Shown here: piece after piece, positions 59,766 to 64,000 of the stretch
How positions within the stretch are numbered: position 1 is the first letter of the stretch
Layout of the letters: each line of letters begins with the position of its first letter
DNA from: Fidelibacterota bacterium
GTDB lineage: Bacteria > Fidelibacterota > UBA2242 > JAOZSR01
Direction of reading: 5' to 3'
Assembly (NCBI GenBank): GCA_029939575.1
Contig: JAOZSR010000006.1
Span: 4,037-68,036, forward strand
Length of the DNA stretch: 64,000 nt
The notes under the pieces: generated by a model
Database searches by the model: none
Seen by the model: the letters and a program-made list of their open reading frames with translations, nothing else
Told to the model about the DNA's origin: nothing
Position numbers and translations under genes: made by a program

Positions 59766-62700
59766 TTTTAAGAAGGAAAATTTTAATGAAAATGTTTGGA
59801 AAGAATATTCTATTTAGCCTTTTGGTTTTATTTCTTTTTAGTACAATATCTGCACAAGAAGGTGGAGATGTACCACAAAAAGTACAGCAGGAAGTTAAAG
59901 CCCACGGAATGACTGTTGACCAGGCAAAAAGCGAAGCGAAAAAAATGGGTGTTGATTTATCTAACCCACAACAAGCTGCACAAAAAGCAAGACAAATGGG
60001 AATACCGGAATCTAAAATCCAGGAAATGCTTCTAAGTACTGAAAAGCAACAGACTTCATTTGATCAGACATCTGAAGTACAATCAACCGATCAAGTTCAG
60101 GATATCATTCCTGAAACAGAAGTGTCGGTAGATAAGGGTGATATTGAAATAAAGGATGGTGAAGATCAGGAAGTTACAGAAGAAAACCTTGAGAAGGTTG
60201 ATGAAACAGAAGAAACAGAATCGACTACCTTAGCAGGTTTATCATATTTTGGTTATAGCACTTTTCAAAATATTCCCGATGCATTTCAACCTACTGAGAC
60301 AGGACCTGTAGATGATGGATATTTAATTGGGCCTGGAGATGAATTGCGACTTATTGTTTGGGGAAGTGCTGAATTTCAATATAACCTTAAAGTTGATAAA
60401 GAGGGTCGAATATATATACCAAATGTTGGTCAGTTAACAATTGCAAATAAAAGTCTGGAAAGATGTAGAGAAGAAATGAAAACCTGGTTGTCAAGAAGAT
60501 ATAACGGATTAGTATCTTCTCCTCCTACTATTTCTATGGACCTTTCTATTACCCGAATTAGACCGATTCGGGTTTTTGTGTTAGGTGAAGTTGCTCGTCC
60601 TGGTGGCTATAGCGTAAGTAGTTATTCAACAATATTTAATGTGCTTTATAGCGTTGGTGGACCTTTAACAAGAGGTTCTTTAAGAAATGTCCAGTTGATC
60701 AGAAAAGGGAATGTTATCGCAACAGTAGATTTTTATAATTATTTATTAAAAGGCTATGAAGATTCAAACATAAGATTACAAAATAATGATCATATTTTTA
60801 TACCATTACGAGGTAAAACTGTATCAATTTCAGGACAAGTGAATCGTCCTGCAATATTTGAGTTGAAAAAAAATGAAGATTTGCATGATTTACTCTATTT
60901 TGCCGGAGATTTAAAACCAGAAGCTTATATAAAGAGATTTCAATTAGAACGAATTATTCCATTCGCAGAAAGATCTGATCCGTCAATTGCCCGGGAAATT
61001 ATTGATGAGGAACTTGATAAAGTATTATCGGGAAAGAAAAAAATTAAACTTTCTGATGGTGATCGATTGAATATTTTTTCCATTCTTGATATTTTGGAAA
61101 ATATTGTAAAAATTTCAGGTGCAGTATATCAACCTGGTACCTATGAGTTAAATGATTCTATCAAATATGTAAAAGATCTTATCAAACAAGCAGATGGATT
61201 AACTGGTGATGCTTATTTGCATAAAGCAGAATTATACAGATTGAATCTTGATGGTACACAAAAAATGGTCTCGCTGGATCTTGATGAAGTTTTTAATAAT
61301 CAAAAAGATCAAAACCTATTATTACAGCCTGAAGATAGTCTAAAAATCTTTTCTGTTCTTGATCTGAAATTTGAAAATATGGTCAAAATATCAGGAAGAG
61401 TTCGAATTCCCGGTACTGTTGCCTTGGTAGATAGTATGACAGTTTATGACCTGTTATTTCATGGAGGTGGTTTACAAGATGACGAATATCTAAAAACTGT
61501 CTATCTTGAACGTGCAGACCTGGTTAGAAAAGATGAAAATGGTTTAACCAGGCGTATTATCCAGTTTGATTTGGAAAAAGCTTTACAAAAAAAAGGATTA
61601 GCCGGCGAATTGTTGCAAGCTGATGATGAAATTATAGTCTATCCTAAAAATATCGAACAGGTAGATTCCAGGATAGTGACTATTACCGGTAAAATTAAAA
61701 ATCCTGGGCCGCGTCCCTGGCGTAGCAATATGAGACTTAAAGATCTTTTGTTTTCTGCCGAAGGTCTAATGGATCAGGAATATTTGAAAAATGTTTATCT
61801 TGAGCGTGCAGATATTATTAGAAAAATTAATAGTGGAATAGACGAAATAATTATTCCTTTTAATCTGTCAGATGCTTTAAGTGGAAATGTACAAGCACAA
61901 AAATACATCCTACCAGATGATGTTGTTAAAATTTATCCAATAGATGTTGAAAAATTCAGAAATAAATATGTAACAATTAAAGGAGCAGTAAAAAATCCCG
62001 GTCAGTTTACTTTTAAAGAAAATATGAATTTGGTTGATTTATTAATTGAAGCAGGTGGCTTCAATAAGAATGCCTATATTAACAGTATTGAAATCAGTCG
62101 CCTTGTTCAAAGTTCAAGGATTAATTCAGCAGAGCAATTTGAAAAACTATCAGTTGATTTTACCCAATTAGATAATGTTGAAAGTGTTGATTTTGGTCTG
62201 GATGATTCTTTAAATCTTTTAAAGGAAGCACATGAGTTTAAATTAAAACACAGGGATATAGTTTTTGTCAGGGTTCATCCTTTATATATTGAGGATGAAT
62301 TAATAACCTTAGAGGGTGAAGTAATGTTTCCCGGGGAATATACTTTGTTATATGAAGGTGAAAAATTATCGGAAGTTCTAAAACGAGCCGGCGGATTAAC
62401 TGATCGTGCTTATCCGGAGGGAGGACGTTTTTATCGTAATGGACAGCGGTTAGTCACAAAATTGGAAGACGTGTTACATAGTGGGAAAAAAGATGATCTG
62501 GTTCTGTTGCCAGGTGACCGCGTTTTTATTCCACCCAAGCCAAATGTTGTAGCTGTTTCAGGGAATGTTTCTCTTGAAGGATTTATGAAATATCAAAAAG
62601 GAAAACGGGTATTTGATTATATTGATTTTGCCGGTGGGCTGGGAGAGGAAACAGAAAGAATTCTAGTAACATTTCCTTCAGGTGAAACAATAAGGATGAA

Positions 62701-62878
62701 AAAAATATTTGGTAAATATATCTCTAATCCTAAAGTTGAGGATGGTACTAACATTGTAGTTACTAAGAAACCTCAGGAAAAACAAAAAGAAGATGTTGAT
62801 ATTAAACAGGTAGTTGTGGAGTCAATGGCCTTACTGTCGAGTGCTTTAACAATAATTGTACTCGCAAATAGACTTTAG
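59762..62878 (+). CDS. polysaccharide export protein, Wza/KpsD family, with about 8 SLBB repeats
   Basis: Signal peptide. Poly_export motif LIGPGDELRLIVWGSAEFQYNLKVDKEGRIYIPNVGQLTIAN. Repeated SLBB units (VxIxGxVxxPGxY…DLLxxAGG) eight times. C-terminal hydrophobic helix. Confidence 0.8.
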   Translation: MILRRKILMKMFGKNILFSLLVLFLFSTISAQEGGDVPQKVQQEVKAHGMTVDQAKSEAKKMGVDLSNPQQAAQKARQMGIPESKIQEMLLSTEKQQTSFDQTSEVQSTDQVQDIIPETEVSVDKGDIEIKDGEDQEVTEENLEKVDETEETESTTLAGLSYFGYSTFQNIPDAFQPTETGPVDDGYLIGPGDELRLIVWGSAEFQYNLKVDKEGRIYIPNVGQLTIANKSLERCREEMKTWLSRRYNGLVSSPPTISMDLSITRIRPIRVFVLGEVARPGGYSVSSYSTIFNVLYSVGGPLTRGSLRNVQLIRKGNVIATVDFYNYLLKGYEDSNIRLQNNDHIFIPLRGKTVSISGQVNRPAIFELKKNEDLHDLLYFAGDLKPEAYIKRFQLERIIPFAERSDPSIAREIIDEELDKVLSGKKKIKLSDGDRLNIFSILDILENIVKISGAVYQPGTYELNDSIKYVKDLIKQADGLTGDAYLHKAELYRLNLDGTQKMVSLDLDEVFNNQKDQNLLLQPEDSLKIFSVLDLKFENMVKISGRVRIPGTVALVDSMTVYDLLFHGGGLQDDEYLKTVYLERADLVRKDENGLTRRIIQFDLEKALQKKGLAGELLQADDEIIVYPKNIEQVDSRIVTITGKIKNPGPRPWRSNMRLKDLLFSAEGLMDQEYLKNVYLERADIIRKINSGIDEIIIPFNLSDALSGNVQAQKYILPDDVVKIYPIDVEKFRNKYVTIKGAVKNPGQFTFKENMNLVDLLIEAGGFNKNAYINSIEISRLVQSSRINSAEQFEKLSVDFTQLDNVESVDFGLDDSLNLLKEAHEFKLKHRDIVFVRVHPLYIEDELITLEGEVMFPGEYTLLYEGEKLSEVLKRAGGLTDRAYPEGGRFYRNGQRLVTKLEDVLHSGKKDDLVLLPGDRVFIPPKPNVVAVSGNVSLEGFMKYQKGKRVFDYIDFAGGLGEETERILVTFPSGETIRMKKIFGKYISNPKVEDGTNIVVTKKPQEKQKEDVDIKQVVVESMALLSSALTIIVLANRL

Positions 62879-62908
62879 ATTAATAAATAATAAATTAAGA
62901 GAAGATAT

Positions 62909-64000
62909 ATGGATCAGGATATAAATAAAATTAATATAGATGCCTGGGAGCAGGAAGAAGAAATTTCATTATTGGATTATCTTGTTGTAATTGTATCAAA
63001 TTTGAAATTAATAATAAGTATTACTGTAATTTTTACTTTGGTTGGATTATTTATTGCCCTAACAGGAAGTAAAACCTATACTGCTTCAGCTCAGGTAATA
63101 AGAGAAATACCAAGTGAGGGTGGAACATCAGCCTCATTGGCGGCTTTAAGAGGGTTTGGTCTAAATCTTGGAGGTGGTTCTACAGGATTAAATCCTGAAA
63201 CCTTTCCCGATATTCTTAAAAGCCGTGAAGTGTGCCTGACTGTTTCCTATGAAAAATATTTTTTCAGAGATATTGATTCGGTTATGAGTTTAATAGATTA
63301 TTATAATTTAAAACCTGGACTTGTTAAATCAATTACCGGGTTTATCAAAAAATATACAATTGGTTTACCGGGGACTATAATTAGTTTATTTAAGAAAAGT
63401 CCGGAAATATTGGTTCCCGATATAAGAACCAATAATTTAAGAATATTGACCGAAGATGAAGAAAATGCAATAGAAAGTGTCCGAGATATGGTGTCTGTTA
63501 ATATTGATCAAACATCAGGAATTATGTCTATTTCTGTTGTTACCCAGGATGCTTTTTTATCTGCAAGTATTATTAAAAGCTTCATTTTACATTCAACAGA
63601 GAGAGTTAGAGAAATATATACCAAAAAAGCCCGTGAAAATGTTCAGTTTATTAAAGATAGATTTGATGAAACAGAAGTTCAGTTAATTCATGAAGAAGAA
63701 GTTCTGGCAAAATTCTTGGATAGTAACAGAAGTCCCCAGGAAGCCAGGCTTCAGGTGGAAATTGATCGTTTAAAACGTAACGTGGCTTTTAAATCTCAAT
63801 TATACCAGGAGTTGCAATCACAATTAACCCAGGCAGAGATTGAATTACAGAGAACAGACCCTGTACTAACTGTTTTGGATCAACCTGTTCCACCTTTGGA
63901 AAAGACCGGACCAAAAAGAAAATTAATTTTATTATTATCAATATTCCTCGGTGGAGGCTTTGCTCTTGGATTAGTATTTATTAAAGAATATATAATTAAT
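62909..64000 (+). CDS. polysaccharide co-polymerase (Wzz/Wzc chain-length determinant) protein, 3'-partial
   Basis: N-terminal TM1 (…LIISITVIFTLVGLFIAL), a periplasmic coiled-coil region, a Pro-rich segment and TM2 (…LDQPVPPLEKTGPKRKLILLLSIFLGGGFALGLVF). Runs to the window end. Confidence 0.7.
   Translation, partial: MDQDINKINIDAWEQEEEISLLDYLVVIVSNLKLIISITVIFTLVGLFIALTGSKTYTASAQVIREIPSEGGTSASLAALRGFGLNLGGGSTGLNPETFPDILKSREVCLTVSYEKYFFRDIDSVMSLIDYYNLKPGLVKSITGFIKKYTIGLPGTIISLFKKSPEILVPDIRTNNLRILTEDEENAIESVRDMVSVNIDQTSGIMSISVVTQDAFLSASIIKSFILHSTERVREIYTKKARENVQFIKDRFDETEVQLIHEEEVLAKFLDSNRSPQEARLQVEIDRLKRNVAFKSQLYQELQSQLTQAEIELQRTDPVLTVLDQPVPPLEKTGPKRKLILLLSIFLGGGFALGLVFIKEYIIN

Overview
The window is about 64 kb of low-GC DNA (roughly 30-32 % by eye), densely coding, from an uncultured-looking diderm bacterium. 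The evidence for an outer membrane is Lnt, a LolA-like protein, an Omp85-type barrel, several FadL-like barrels, a Wza/Wzz polysaccharide exporter and a batABCDE aerotolerance operon. No rRNA, tRNA, CRISPR array or transposase was found by reading. Most of the window is housekeeping. The N-terminus of ligA sits at the 5' edge. Then come the stomatin/NfeD pair, ileS, a DksA/TraR protein, rluD, xerC/D, hpf-hprK, yicC-gmk-rpoZ-coaBC-udg-dnaB-relA/spoT-hup, lnt, ecfT-truA, htrA, purB, psd-pssA, purS-purQ, tatA, batABCDE, yebC-ruvC-ruvA, gcvT, ftsK and a lolA-like gene. The start of a capsule or EPS export locus lies at the 3' edge. Between these blocks lie several less usual things. One is a minus-strand operon encoding a Tyr/Asn/Gly-rich secreted protein with a Ser/Arg/Lys tail, a FadL-like barrel and a small secreted protein. 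Another is a tandemly duplicated pair of a large surface lipoprotein plus a FadL-like barrel; I consider this the best candidate for an undescribed outer-membrane uptake or surface module. There is also a MazF/PemK-like toxin, RHH antitoxin and second MazF-like toxin triplet. A 1040-aa protein fuses an HExxH domain, a TolB-like PD40 propeller and an Omp85 barrel. A three-gene signalling operon is led by a two-GAF sensor whose kinase core looks degenerate, and a Wza homologue carries about eight SLBB repeats. All protein calls rest on motifs read by eye from the supplied translations; no database search was possible.
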